Shown here piece after piece: positions 10,836-20,369 of a DNA stretch of 64,000 nucleotides (the first letter of the stretch is position 1; each line of letters opens with the position of its first letter). A model generated the notes under the pieces. It was not told where the DNA came from. It was given only the letters and a program-made list of their open reading frames with translations, and searched no databases. The translations under genes and the position numbers were made by a program. This stretch comes from an uncultured Gemmatimonadales bacterium (GTDB lineage: Bacteria > Gemmatimonadota > Gemmatimonadetes > Gemmatimonadales > GWC2-71-9). The DNA lies in contig CAWGED010000005.1 in the NCBI GenBank assembly GCA_963821525.1, forward strand, positions 224,001-288,000, given 5' to 3'.

Positions 10836-12002
10836 TTACCTCTCTTGGAGTAACCCCTCCACTTCCGCCCGCATCTCCTTCACCAGCTTCGCGTGCTGCT
10901 CCGGCAGGGCGGGGCCATAGAAACCGGCGTGAATCCGACGGACTCGACCAGTGCGGTCGAGAAAGATCGTGGTGGGGAACGCCGTAAAGTTGGTGAGCTG
11001 CGGCAGGGTCGCCGCGGCGGCCTCGGTGTCATTGGTTCCCGCCCGAAGCAGGATGAACGGGATGTGGTAGGCATCCCGGTACAGTCGCACCTGGTGATTG
11101 TCGGTGGCGCTGTCGCCGCTTACCTCATAGGCGAGTCCGACGATCTCCAGCCCGCGGGCGTGGTAGTCCTTATAGAGCTGCACCAGGGCGGGGGCCGCGT
11201 CGTGGCAGGTGGGGCACCAGGTCCCGAACACGTCGATCACGACCACCTTGTCCTTGAGTCGCGGGTCGGCCTCGGTGATCTGCCGGCCTTCGAGATCGGG
11301 GAAGCTGAAGCGGAACGGTGTCGTGTCCGCCGTCGTGATCTCGCTGGGCGACTTGAGATGAGGAACTCCGGTGCTGCGGACGGCGATGAATCGGGTCTGG
11401 GTTCGGAGGCCGGCGTGGAAGATCCCGCGGAGGGTGTCTGCCTTAAGCTGGCCGGTCAGCATGTAGACGTAGGAGCCGTCGAAGTGGGAGATCGAAAAAC
11501 TGTCCGCCTGCGCATGTCCCCAGAAAAGACCGTAGTCCCCCGTGTTGGAGATGATGGTTCCCTCGAGGCCCGCCTGGCCATTGCGTAGCTCGATGACGCG
11601 AGGGCTCGCGTCGAAATCGGTCAGGAACTGCGCGTCCCAGCGACCGGTCAGCCCCGCGGGACCTTTCTCGACCGGCCAACGGCCGCGTCCCGCGCGAAAA
11701 GGAATGGTGCGGGGTCCGCGCCGTCCTACGTTGTGATACTCCCCGACCAGGGAATCCCCTCTGGCCACCGCGGCAATGGTGGCTGCGTAGGCCGAGATGT
11801 CGAACACCACGCTGTCGCCGGCGACGCGTACCGCGCTCAGCGCCTGGCACTGCGTCCCATTGCAGAGCTTACCCTGCCACGTTCCTCCCTTTTGTTCTAC
11901 CGTGAGCGCGAAGCGAAGAGGGCCTCCGGCAATGTCGAGCACGGCCCGCCACGGGCCAGCGGGGGTGGGAGCGACAGTGAGGGCTAGGAGAAGCGTAAAC
12001 AA
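10836..12002 (-). CDS. Exported TlpA/ResA-like thiol-disulfide oxidoreductase with N-terminal beta domains
   Basis: FGTWCPTC; AFPTTIFLDR; likely TTG start 12002, since the upstream ORF extension is repeat-derived. Confidence 0.85.
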   Translation of the reverse strand: MFTLLLALTVAPTPAGPWRAVLDIAGGPLRFALTVEQKGGTWQGKLCNGTQCQALSAVRVAGDSVVFDISAYAATIAAVARGDSLVGEYHNVGRRGPRTIPFRAGRGRWPVEKGPAGLTGRWDAQFLTDFDASPRVIELRNGQAGLEGTIISNTGDYGLFWGHAQADSFSISHFDGSYVYMLTGQLKADTLRGIFHAGLRTQTRFIAVRSTGVPHLKSPSEITTADTTPFRFSFPDLEGRQITEADPRLKDKVVVIDVFGTWCPTCHDAAPALVQLYKDYHARGLEIVGLAYEVSGDSATDNHQVRLYRDAYHIPFILLRAGTNDTEAAAATLPQLTNFTAFPTTIFLDRTGRVRRIHAGFYGPALPEQHAKLVKEMRAEVEGLLQER

Positions 12003-12100
12003 TTGACGATTGACGATTGATGATTGATGATTGAACTGCTGTGGACTCGAGATGATTACCAATCTGCAATCGGCAATCGGCAATTACCAATTGGCAATCA
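12002..12100. repeat. 7-nt arrays (TTGACGA / CAATCGG), imperfectly inverted
   Basis: attgacgattgacgattgatgattgatgattga...caatctgcaatcggcaatcggcaattaccaattggcaatc. Confidence 0.75.
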
Positions 12101-12932
12101 TCAGTACTTCTCCCCGGCACGAATCTCCGCCGACACCCGATTCCCCGGCCACGGCGCCGGGCAGGCGTACGCGGTGCTGTAGGCGCAGAAGGGATTGCGC
12201 GACCGGTTGAAGTCGAGCAGGTAGGTGCTCTCGTCGCGCGGAGTCAGAGTGACGAACCGCCCCGCCGGATAGCTCCCCTTTCCATTGGTCAGATCCTGGA
12301 AATAGATGATCAGCTCCGACTCGCCGCTGTCTTCATCGGCGATCCGGTAGGCCTTGAGATTGGCGGCACCTGACTCGAGCGGGATGGTGAAGACGCCGGC
12401 CTCTATCGCTTCGGTTTCCACTCCGTCCAGCATGAGAATTCGGTGTGTCACCCGGCTGGCTGGCTTGGTCAGGCTGCCTATTAGGACGAGGTGAGTATCG
12501 GCCGGAAAGTAGCTCGGTATGAGAGTACGGTGCTCCGGGCCGAACACGGTGAGGACGGACCGGCCAGAGGGCCCCGTCGGCCGGAGCTGGTAGGATCCAA
12601 TGGCGGTGAGGCGGTCGCGAGGCAGGGGTGTCTTGGTCCCCTGTTGGCTCAGCACCACGCTGCGCCCTTCTTCCCGCACCGTCATGCGCGTCGAGTTCTT
12701 GAGCGGGACGTCGGCGTCCTCCGGTCCGAGCGTGAGCCCCGTTCCGATGGCCTGCTGGGCCAGCGCGGCCAGAGGTGAATCGGGGGCGTTGGCCAGCCAA
12801 AGGGCGAATGCGCTCCGCTCCGCGACGAGGTCATCTCTGGGCAGTAAGCGGTGAGCGGTGAGCAGTGAGCAGGAGTGGAATAATCAGTGTGGTGCGGATT
12901 GCCGAGGCGAACCCGCGCCGAGGGAAGACCAC
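12101..12932 (-). CDS. DUF1684-family protein (frameshift near 12835; start uncertain)
   Basis: YPAGRF..LDFNRSRNPFCAYSTAYACP..N....RAGEK C-terminal signature. Confidence 0.8.
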
Positions 12933-12979
12933 CTCTGCTTTCGGTGCCCGCCGCTCACCGCTCACTGCTTACCGCTCAC
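12843..12979. repeat. Inverted 7-nt arrays (GTGAGCG / CGCTCAC) about 80 nt apart
   Basis: agtaagcggtgagcggtgagcagtgagcag at 12843-12872; ccgctcaccgctcactgcttaccgctcac at 12951-12979. Confidence 0.8.
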
Positions 12980-12985
12980 AGTAGT

Positions 12986-13792
12986 TCAGCTCCCGATCGT
13001 CCCAACCAGGATGGGCTGGGTCGTGGGCTGGGGCGAACCACCAGCAGGTTCGTTGGTGACCGCGGCGACAGCGAGGTTCGGGGCTTCCGGAATTGCGACC
13101 TGTTGCACCATGGCATGCCCGGTCGGCTCCGCGGTGAACGTCACCGAGGGAATCGGCTTGCCGCCCTTGGGGATGAACCAGAGCTGGTAGACCCGTCCGC
13201 TCTCGGTCGGCTGCAGGTTGAAGGCGTGAATCAGTGCCACCCGCTTCTTCGGATTCATGAAGAGCTGAATCACCGGTGCGGGCGTCGAGGTCGATGTCAG
13301 GGTCGTAAGGCGTACATCGGGTTCCAGAATCGCATTCAGGGTTGCCTCTCGCTCGGCGAGCTGGGCCTGGGTCGCTCCGAAGTCTCGTCTCAGCTCGGCG
13401 ATCGCGGTGTCTCGCTCCGTCACCTGGCGCCGGAGGGCAATCGACTGAAGTCCAAACCCGACAGCCAGCAGGACAGCCGCAGCGGCAGCCCAGGGGATCC
13501 AGTTGGGCCGGGCCGCCGCCGGCCGTAGCGCTACCACCTTCTCCTTCGCTACGCGAGCGAGCACCCGGTCGCGCAGGTCGCTGGAGGGACCGGACCCGGC
13601 GCCCGCCGTCGTCGTGGTGAGGAGTGTGGCGACTTCCCGGAATTCGGCCACCTCCCGCTGTGCCTCGGGAGACGTAGCCAGAAAGGCCTCGAACGAGCGA
13701 GCCTCCGCCGGATCGAGGGCGCCCAGCGCGTAGGCCGCGGCGAGATCCTTCAAGTCCTGACTATCCCTGTCTTGACTATCCGCGCTGCTCAC
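12986..13792 (-). CDS. RskA-like anti-sigma factor
   Basis: LAAAYALGALD N-terminus, one TM helix, YQLWFI..AVTNEPAGGSPQPT. Confidence 0.9.
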   Translation of the reverse strand: MSSADSQDRDSQDLKDLAAAYALGALDPAEARSFEAFLATSPEAQREVAEFREVATLLTTTTAGAGSGPSSDLRDRVLARVAKEKVVALRPAAARPNWIPWAAAAAVLLAVGFGLQSIALRRQVTERDTAIAELRRDFGATQAQLAEREATLNAILEPDVRLTTLTSTSTPAPVIQLFMNPKKRVALIHAFNLQPTESGRVYQLWFIPKGGKPIPSVTFTAEPTGHAMVQQVAIPEAPNLAVAAVTNEPAGGSPQPTTQPILVGTIGS

Positions 13793-14391
13793 AGGCCCGC
13801 CTCGTGAAAATAGGGACGCAATGCGTCCCGCAATTTCTGCATTCCCAGTCGCATCCGTGTCTTGACCGTCCCCAGCGGCTCCGCGAGTCGCTCGGCGATT
13901 TCCGATTGCGACAACCCTTCGAAATAGGCAAGCTCGATCGCCTGTCGTTGCGGTGGCGAAAGGTCCGCGAGCGCGATTGCCACACGCTTGCGGCGCTCGT
14001 CGGATTCAACCGCATCGCCCGGCTTCTCCGGCCATCCACCCATCGCCGGGGAGGACGTCGGGTTCTCCCGCGCCGCCGTCTCAGTGATTCGGGTTCGCCG
14101 CTGGCGCGAACGGACCAGATCGAGGGCCCGGCTCCGGGTCATCATCGTGAGCCAGGCGGCCACCGATCCCCGTTCGCCTTCGAAGCGGGCCGCGCCGCGC
14201 CAGGCCTGGGCGAAAGCCTCGAGCACGACCTCTTCCGCATCGGCTCGCTGGCCGAGCATACGGTACGCCACGGCGTACAGAGTGGGTCCGTATTTGTCGT
14301 AGAGGGAAGCCGCCGCGCGTTCGTCGCCTGCTGCCATCTGAGCAACCAGGTCGGCGTCCCGCACTCCGGTGGAGGTGGTGAGATCGGCCAT
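13789..14391 (-). CDS. ECF sigma factor (SigK-like)
   Basis: DAEEVVLEAF..AW; LAYFEGLSQSEIA..PLGTVKTRMRLG; overlaps the anti-sigma start by 4 nt. Confidence 0.92.
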   Translation of the reverse strand: MADLTTSTGVRDADLVAQMAAGDERAAASLYDKYGPTLYAVAYRMLGQRADAEEVVLEAFAQAWRGAARFEGERGSVAAWLTMMTRSRALDLVRSRQRRTRITETAARENPTSSPAMGGWPEKPGDAVESDERRKRVAIALADLSPPQRQAIELAYFEGLSQSEIAERLAEPLGTVKTRMRLGMQKLRDALRPYFHEAGL

Positions 14392-14526
14392 CTGCGCTCG
14401 GGCGCGCGAGCTCCGCACAACTGAGGTGACGTGCAACACCGGAACGGTGTCCATCAGTCTATACCCCAGTGCGGAGCCGCCACAAGACGGCAGCATGCGG
14501 TCGCCTCTCCTCTACCGGTCATTTCC

Positions 14527-14552
14527 TACGCACGGGGCGGCGGTTCAGATCA
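14527..14552 (-). promoter_or_regulatory. Putative ECF promoter TGATCT-N16-CGTA upstream of the sigma gene
   Basis: Minus strand tgatct gaaccgccgccccgtg cgta; matched by a second copy at 18477-18502. Confidence 0.65.
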
Positions 14553-15011
14553 GTGGACGGTCTTTTCTCCGTCGTCGCCGGTGAACAGGAGACTCGCTGA
14601 GCGGCCGGCGAAGCGAGCCTGCACGATGTTGACCTGATCGGAGAACAACTCGTTGTGAATGGCATTTCGTAAATGAGCGCCTGCCAGGCCGCCGGGAACA
14701 TCGGCCTCCATCGTGATCCAGGTGAGGTCGCCCGTGGCACGGCGGCCGATCCAGTTCATGGCGACCGGAACTCCCGCTGCCGTCCTGAGGCCGAGGTGAG
14801 TCCTGACATACCGGGACAGGAGGGTGTCTTCCGCGGACGGCGAGATGGCGGCCCCCGCTTGCACGGCCGTGTTGAGGTCGTCGCTGAACGCACGGACTAC
14901 AATCGTCACTCGCTTTCCACCCGGCTGTTCGACCAGCTCGGTCAATGTGGTGTGCAGCGGGTGCAGGGCGGCAACCAGCAATGGAGCCATGAGGAATCGC
15001 AGGTCTACCAT
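14550..15011 (-). CDS. DUF6702-like exported protein
   Basis: Signal peptide, then HPLHTTLTEL..FSDDL..ELFSDQVNIV. Confidence 0.65.
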   Translation of the reverse strand: MVDLRFLMAPLLVAALHPLHTTLTELVEQPGGKRVTIVVRAFSDDLNTAVQAGAAISPSAEDTLLSRYVRTHLGLRTAAGVPVAMNWIGRRATGDLTWITMEADVPGGLAGAHLRNAIHNELFSDQVNIVQARFAGRSASLLFTGDDGEKTVH

Positions 15012-15607
15012 GGCAGCCTCTCTGCAACCATGCGGGACCCGAGCAGTAGTACGAGGCAGCTGACCGCCGTGATGCGAATCCGAAGCGGAGTCCACCGGCT
15101 CCAGACCACGCCGCGGCGCAGGGCGCCATCCAGGGCAGTCAGCGCCGCACCAGCTGCGACCAGTACTACGATTTGCCCCAGCTCGATCCCGATGTTGAAG
15201 CCGAACAGTGGGACCACGATGTGGTCCATGAACAGCCTTTGCAGGTATTCGGCAAACCCGGCGCCGTGAACCAGACCAAACAGTGCCGCAAAACCGGCGC
15301 GCCAGCGGGTCGGTCGTGCCACCCCCTCACCCGCATGGGTGAAGACGTTGCTCGCCGCGGTCATCACGATCGTGACCGGAATCAGGAACTCGATCCAGCG
15401 GATCGGCAGCACCAGCGCCCCGGTGGCAGCGAGAACCAGGGTGACCGAGTGGCCCACCGTGAACGCTGTTATGACCCACAACGCATCCCGCCAATCCTGC
15501 CGCCGGTAGATGGCAGCGAGGGCGAGGAGAAAGAGGATGTGGTCCAGGGCTTCGCGGTTCACGATGTGACCGAAGCCGAGCTGGATGTAGGTTGTCAGTT
15601 CGGACAT
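15005..15607 (-). CDS. HupE/UreJ-family membrane protein
   Basis: GFGHI..DHILFL; TAFTVGHSVTL; FGLVHGAGFA; FNIGIELGQ. Confidence 0.9.
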   Translation of the reverse strand: MSELTTYIQLGFGHIVNREALDHILFLLALAAIYRRQDWRDALWVITAFTVGHSVTLVLAATGALVLPIRWIEFLIPVTIVMTAASNVFTHAGEGVARPTRWRAGFAALFGLVHGAGFAEYLQRLFMDHIVVPLFGFNIGIELGQIVVLVAAGAALTALDGALRRGVVWSRWTPLRIRITAVSCLVLLLGSRMVAERLPW

Positions 15608-15621
15608 GGTGGTATTAGCTG

Positions 15622-15687
15622 CAGCCGTCAGCCGTCAGCCGTCAGCCATAAGCTCACGCGTCGAGCTTACGGCTTACGGCCTATGGC
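15622..15687. repeat. Inverted 7-nt arrays (AGCCGTC/AGCCATA vs CTTACGG)
   Basis: cagccgtcagccgtcagccgtcagccataagc...gcttacggcttacggcctatggc; contains the TPR gene stop. Confidence 0.8.
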
Positions 15688-16936
15688 CCCGTAAAAGGGA
15701 TTGATCTCCTTCGCCATCTCCAACCGCTCCCGCGACAGCAACGAATCCCCCAGTGCCGCAGCGATCTGGCCGGCATGCCAGTAGAGCATCGCGTCGCGAG
15801 TGCCTTGTGACAGGGCCTGCTCGACGAGCGGAGCCGCTTCGATATCGCGGCCCGACTGGTGTAAGGCCCAGGCGACGAGGTCGTAACCGTAGACATCCTT
15901 GCGCGTGCGCAGTTCCTCGCTTGCCTTTCGCAGCACAAGAGGAACATCCCGGCCGTGATCCAGCAGGAAGAGGGACCAGGCTCTGTGAAAGGCGCCGGGC
16001 TGCTGGCTCACCGATACTTCCATCGCCTTGGCGTATTCCGCGGCCTTCGCGGTGTCGCCCTCCGCCGCATAGCAATCGCTGAGGAGTCCCAGCGTCGCTG
16101 GGTCCAGCACGTTCGCGATCGCCCGTTCGCCGAAACGAATCGCGCCCGACCAATCCTTCTTTGCCGCGTGGAGCCGTGCCTCAGCACCAAGCAGCCGGTA
16201 GTCTTCGGGTGCTTCGCTCAATCCAGAGGCGAATGCCTTGCCAGCCTCGCGGAGCCTTCCCCGACGAAGTTCCAGATCACCAATTCGCAGATCGAACCAG
16301 GCGAGCTGCTCGGCAGGGACGCGGAAGCCGTTGTCCAGGTCGCGACGCACCGAGCGCAGCAGGTCCAGGGCCTCCACCGGCCTGCCTTCCAACTCGAGCC
16401 AGCGGGCGTAGCGGGGCGCCAGTGCCGGTGCATAGCGCTGAGTCGCGATCGTGGAGAAGAGCCGCTTCGCTTCCTCGTAATGCCCCAGTTCGAGCGCGAT
16501 CTCGCCCAACATCGCGCGTGTGCCGGGCTCCGAGGAGTCGGCCGCAACCAGTGCCTTCGCCGTCGTGTACGCCTCGGTGAATCGGTGTTCGGCCAGCAGG
16601 GCCGAAGCGAGGAGTGCTGCGGCCTCGCCGTTTCTCCTCGCGCGATGACGATAAGAGGTGCGGGCCGCGTCTTCCGCTCGAAGCAGGTCCTGATAACTCC
16701 CGGTTTCTCGCGCCCGCGCGAGATAAAGGCTGCCGAGCATTGCAAGGTCGCGTGCGCCGTAGGGATCGCGGGCCACCCGGGCCTGGTAGAAGGCGATGTC
16801 CTGTTCTCGGATCTCGGCGGGAAGGCGGGAAGGTGGTACGGCGGGACGCTTGCTCGTCCGCATGGTGAAACGACCAGCCAAGCAGACCAGCGGACGCCAA
16901 CATGGTAAGAATTCCAAACTGCAGTCGACGAGTCAT
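15667..16936 (-). CDS. Tetratricopeptide-repeat protein (N-terminal frameshift)
   Basis: Repeated TPR-like helices in ORF 15667-16917; signal/TM segment MTRRLQFGILTMLASAGLLG in the frame starting 16936. Confidence 0.8.
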
Positions 16937-17036
16937 CGCCAGGTACTCCCAGTCGCAAGAGCCATCGGTTGGTGATCAGCGCCGAAGCGGACGGGTGGGC
17001 GTTGTGACCGTCCAGCCCGTCCGCCTTCCCGCCCGC

Positions 17037-17654
17037 CTAGTTCGGCGGCGCCAGATACGGGAAGCTCGCCGAGAACGGCGAGTCGCTCGCCACGTTATCA
17101 GTTGTCAGAGCCGGCGTAGTGTGGGTCGGATCGGCGCCAAACGGATCGCCGAAGATCGCGAGCAGCGCGAGATCCACTACGTCGTCATCCAGCTTCCGCC
17201 CACCCCAGCCGTTCACCAGCGGCGGCAGGTCCACGATGTTGAGCCAGCTGGCGGTATTGGTCGGCTTGTCGGTCTGGACTACCAGCACATCCGGCAGCAA
17301 CACGCTGCCCAGCGCGCTGATGTATGCGGGATCGCGTCCCGCGACGGTGGTCACGAAATTCACCACCTTGGGCGCCACCAGAGCCGCATCCTGGTCGGGG
17401 CCGATCGAGCCATGCAGCGAGTGGTCCCGCTTGTCGAGCAGCACTTCGCTGATCAGAGGATTGCCCAGCCGCTGGACCTGGTTGAAGGCCTGGTTGGGAT
17501 CGGGGCCGGCGGTGCCACCGCTGTTGCTATCGTCGCTGCAGGCGCCGGCCAGCAGCGCAAGCCCGAGCGCGAGGCCGGGCAGGACCACGCGGCGCAGGGC
17601 CGGCAAATCGATGGAGTTCTTCATGAGAGCTATCCTCGGAGTCGGGTCAGTCAT
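17037..17654 (-). CDS. DUF4331-like lipoprotein
   Basis: LAGAC lipobox; QVQRLGNPLISE; LLPDVL; GRKLDDDVVD; FPYLAPP. Confidence 0.8.
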   Translation of the reverse strand: MTDPTPRIALMKNSIDLPALRRVVLPGLALGLALLAGACSDDSNSGGTAGPDPNQAFNQVQRLGNPLISEVLLDKRDHSLHGSIGPDQDAALVAPKVVNFVTTVAGRDPAYISALGSVLLPDVLVVQTDKPTNTASWLNIVDLPPLVNGWGGRKLDDDVVDLALLAIFGDPFGADPTHTTPALTTDNVASDSPFSASFPYLAPPN

Positions 17655-17668
17655 GGTGTGGGAGGTCT

Positions 17669-18397
17669 TCAGCGGCTGATGGTGCCCCAGATGTTGAGCT
17701 TGCCGGGCGCTCCATTCTCAAGCATCGAGCTGGGCAGCTCGACCACGATCGAAAGCACGTTGAAGCCTTCGATGTAGTTCACCCCGGGATTCCGGAAGGC
17801 GGCACCGCCGGGGAGTGCGCAGGGCTGTGAGAGGGCACCGGTCGAAGGACGCCGGTCAGGCAGGATGCAGAAGGCCGCCTCGAGATCGAGGAAGAACGAA
17901 TCGTCCCGGGGGCCGGCGAAGGCCTGAATGCCGCTGGCCGAACCAAGATTGGTGTTGAAAGCGCCACTCAGGTCCGTGGCGCCGAAGTCGATCACGTTCA
18001 TCATGGCGCCGGTTACCGTCGGCGTGAACGGACCGCGGACGTGAACCGTCTGGCTGGTGGTTTTGCCGTCGAAGGTGACCTGAATGACCTTGTCTTCGAC
18101 GTAGTCTCCATCGTTGTCCACCTTGAACTGATAGAGAATGTTCGGATCGAACGCGGCGGACCCGGTCTGACCCGGGCTGAGGAATCCGCTGGTATTCATG
18201 ACCAGCACGATTCTGCCCGGGGCCGAGCCGGGGAACGCGTACACGTCGGTGAGATCCATTCGGGGGTTGAGTTCCACCAGAGGAGTGTCCTGGTGGTCCG
18301 AGCCCGCCAGCAGTCTCACGCCGCCGGCCAGTGCGCCGGTGAGGACGAGGATTGCGGCGAGCCGCTGGGTGCGTGGAAGGGCGCGCCAAGGGTACAT
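17669..18397 (-). CDS. DUF4331-family exported protein
   Basis: SDHQDTP..DLTDVYAF; YQFKVDNDGD; FAGPRDDSFFLDL; NVLSIVVELP. Confidence 0.85.
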   Translation of the reverse strand: MYPWRALPRTQRLAAILVLTGALAGGVRLLAGSDHQDTPLVELNPRMDLTDVYAFPGSAPGRIVLVMNTSGFLSPGQTGSAAFDPNILYQFKVDNDGDYVEDKVIQVTFDGKTTSQTVHVRGPFTPTVTGAMMNVIDFGATDLSGAFNTNLGSASGIQAFAGPRDDSFFLDLEAAFCILPDRRPSTGALSQPCALPGGAAFRNPGVNYIEGFNVLSIVVELPSSMLENGAPGKLNIWGTISR

Positions 18398-18476
18398 GAC
18401 CGGACTCCTGGAGATGAGAGTGACGAAGCCTGGGACCGTCGGCGACGGAGACCGTCTCCTTCGCCTGCGCCCCATC

Positions 18477-18502
18477 TACGCCCGTCACCGGGGTCCGGAT
18501 CT
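18477..18502 (-). promoter_or_regulatory. Putative ECF promoter AGATCC-N16-CGTA
   Basis: Minus strand agatcc ggaccccggtgacggg cgta, about 80 nt upstream of the DUF4331 start. Confidence 0.65.
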
Positions 18503-18524
18503 ATGGCCTATGTATGAGTGGAAA

Positions 18525-18633
18525 GGACTGGGACTGAGGACTGAGAGGTAGCGAGTACCTGGTACCGAGTACCGAGTACCGAGAAGCTCAGCTTACCGCT
18601 CACCGCTTACCGCTCACCGCTTACCGCTTACCG
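18525..18633. repeat. Composite of three different 7-nt arrays (GGACTGA, GAGTACC, GCTYACC)
   Basis: ggactgggactgaggactgag / gagtacctggtaccgagtaccgagtaccgag / gcttaccgctcaccgcttaccgctcaccgcttaccgcttaccg. Confidence 0.85.
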
Positions 18634-18634
18634 T

Positions 18635-19738
18635 TCACCACTCCCAGAACCGCTCCGGCCTCACCGCTTCGAGGTGTTCGATCTCGTTCTCACCCGAAAT
18701 CAGTCGCGCAATCATCACGGCGGTAATCCCCGCGAGGAGAATGCCGTTTCGTCCGTGTCCGGTCGCATACCAGAGACCACGGGCTCGTGGCTCTTTCCCG
18801 ATGATCGGCAAGCCATCTGGGGTGCCGGGTCTGAGGCCAGCCCAGGTTCGAGTGACTTCCGCCTGAGCCAGGGAAGGACAGAGTCCGCTCGCAGTCGTGA
18901 AGATGCTGGCGAGACCGGCGGCGCTGACCTGGGTGTCGAAGCCCGCGTTCTCCATTGTGCTGCCGAGAATCGCTTCACCATCACGGGCAACGATGTAGCC
19001 GCCGTTACCTACGACGATGGCGTTGGGGACTCCTTTGGGCCATGCGGTGGCTGCCATCTGGCCCCGAACCGGTTCCACCGACAGCGGCCGGGGCAATCCG
19101 CCGAGATTCTTGGACCAAGCTCCCGCGGCGATGATGACGTCCCCGGCTGAATAGCGTTGGGCTCCGCGGACTCCGATTACCAGATCTCCCCGCCGCTCCA
19201 CCTCGCTTACTTCCTCAGTGACCACCTCGGCCCCAAGACGCCGGGCATCGGTCAACAGTCCCTCGACCAGGCGCTCCGGGTGAAGAGCAGCATCGTTGGG
19301 CGCCCACAAGGCCCCGTGGGTTGGGCCCAGCCAGGGCCATCTTCCCTTAACTTCAGCAGCATCGAACCAGTCACAGACATGGCCCTGCTGTCGCTGCCAC
19401 GCCACCTTGGACCGGAGCACAACGGTCTCTGCCTCGGTGCTGGCGACCCGAGCAATGCCGGATTCCCACCATCCGATGTCGATTCCGGTTTCAGCTTTCA
19501 GGGAGGCGGCGAGGCTCTGGTAGTATTCCCGGCCGGCCAGGCCGAGCTCGAAGAGAGGGTCTTCGGCGCCGGCATCGACCTGGGGAGCCAGCATTCCGGC
19601 GGCGGCGCGCCATCCTTCGCCGGAAGAGATGCCCCGCTCGCACACGAGGACCCGGCGGCCGGCCAACGCGAGTTCCCGGGCGCATGCGGCCCCTACTGCG
19701 CCGCCCCCGACCACGATAACATCGTACGCTGTAGTCAC
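18635..19738 (-). CDS. thiO: Glycine oxidase / FAD-dependent D-amino acid oxidase family
   Basis: VVGGGAVG; AAAGMLAP; PVRGQM; WAGLRPGTPDGLPIIG; ATGHGRNGILL. Confidence 0.82.
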   Translation of the reverse strand: MTTAYDVIVVGGGAVGAACARELALAGRRVLVCERGISSGEGWRAAAGMLAPQVDAGAEDPLFELGLAGREYYQSLAASLKAETGIDIGWWESGIARVASTEAETVVLRSKVAWQRQQGHVCDWFDAAEVKGRWPWLGPTHGALWAPNDAALHPERLVEGLLTDARRLGAEVVTEEVSEVERRGDLVIGVRGAQRYSAGDVIIAAGAWSKNLGGLPRPLSVEPVRGQMAATAWPKGVPNAIVVGNGGYIVARDGEAILGSTMENAGFDTQVSAAGLASIFTTASGLCPSLAQAEVTRTWAGLRPGTPDGLPIIGKEPRARGLWYATGHGRNGILLAGITAVMIARLISGENEIEHLEAVRPERFWEW

Positions 19739-19811
19739 TTAGGGCTCGACGAAACTTTCTGAAACGCAGTGCGTATGAGTCGCTGCCCGCAACATCCCGG
19801 AGGAAAGTAGC

Positions 19812-20027
19812 ATGATAAGGAATATGCTCGGCTTCGCGGCGCTGGCCGTGGTCGCGATGATAGCCATCAAATTCATCTTCAGCATCTTCGGCATCATCGT
19901 GAGCCTGTTCATGGCCTTGGTGTGGTTCGCTTTTGTAGGGTTTCTGATCTACATGGTGCTTCGCGTGCTCAGTCCCAGCACCGCAGATCGAGTCAAGGAG
20001 ATGATTTCAGGCAAACCCGTAGTGTGA
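19812..20027 (+). CDS. Small two-helix membrane protein
   Basis: GGAGG RBS; two hydrophobic helices. Confidence 0.75.
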   Translation: MIRNMLGFAALAVVAMIAIKFIFSIFGIIVSLFMALVWFAFVGFLIYMVLRVLSPSTADRVKEMISGKPVV

Positions 20028-20057
20028 TGACGAGTTCCTCCGGCAAAGCGCCCGGTC

Positions 20058-20369
20058 TCACGGCCGGGCGCTGTTGTTTCTGGCTGATCCTTCCGATCTA
20101 ATTTCCCGAAGCACTGTGGGCGTGGACAATTTTGATGCGGCGTAACGAGGAACTCCGCCGCGACGGTTCCCATTGGCGGTGATGAGCACCGCCGGATCAT
20201 AGAGGGAATCTGCCCGCTCCAATCGAGCGTCGGCTGTAAGCGCCTCAGTCACGAGGTCGGTGATCTGATCTGCGGCCTGTGTGTTGAGTGGCGTTGGGGA
20301 ATGTGAGGGGGACGACTTGGCACAGGCCAAGCCGATGACCAGGATGGCGGGGAGGAGACTACCTCGCAT
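20058..20369 (-). CDS. Hypothetical lipoprotein, C-terminus probably disrupted
   Basis: GLAC lipobox; overlaps the end of the upstream gene. Confidence 0.5.
   Translation of the reverse strand: MRGSLLPAILVIGLACAKSSPSHSPTPLNTQAADQITDLVTEALTADARLERADSLYDPAVLITANGNRRGGVPRYAASKLSTPTVLREIRSEGSARNNSARP

Noticed and set aside
18635..19738. Thiamine operon or TPP riboswitch around thiO
   Set aside because: No thiS/thiG neighbours and no recognisable THI-box upstream.
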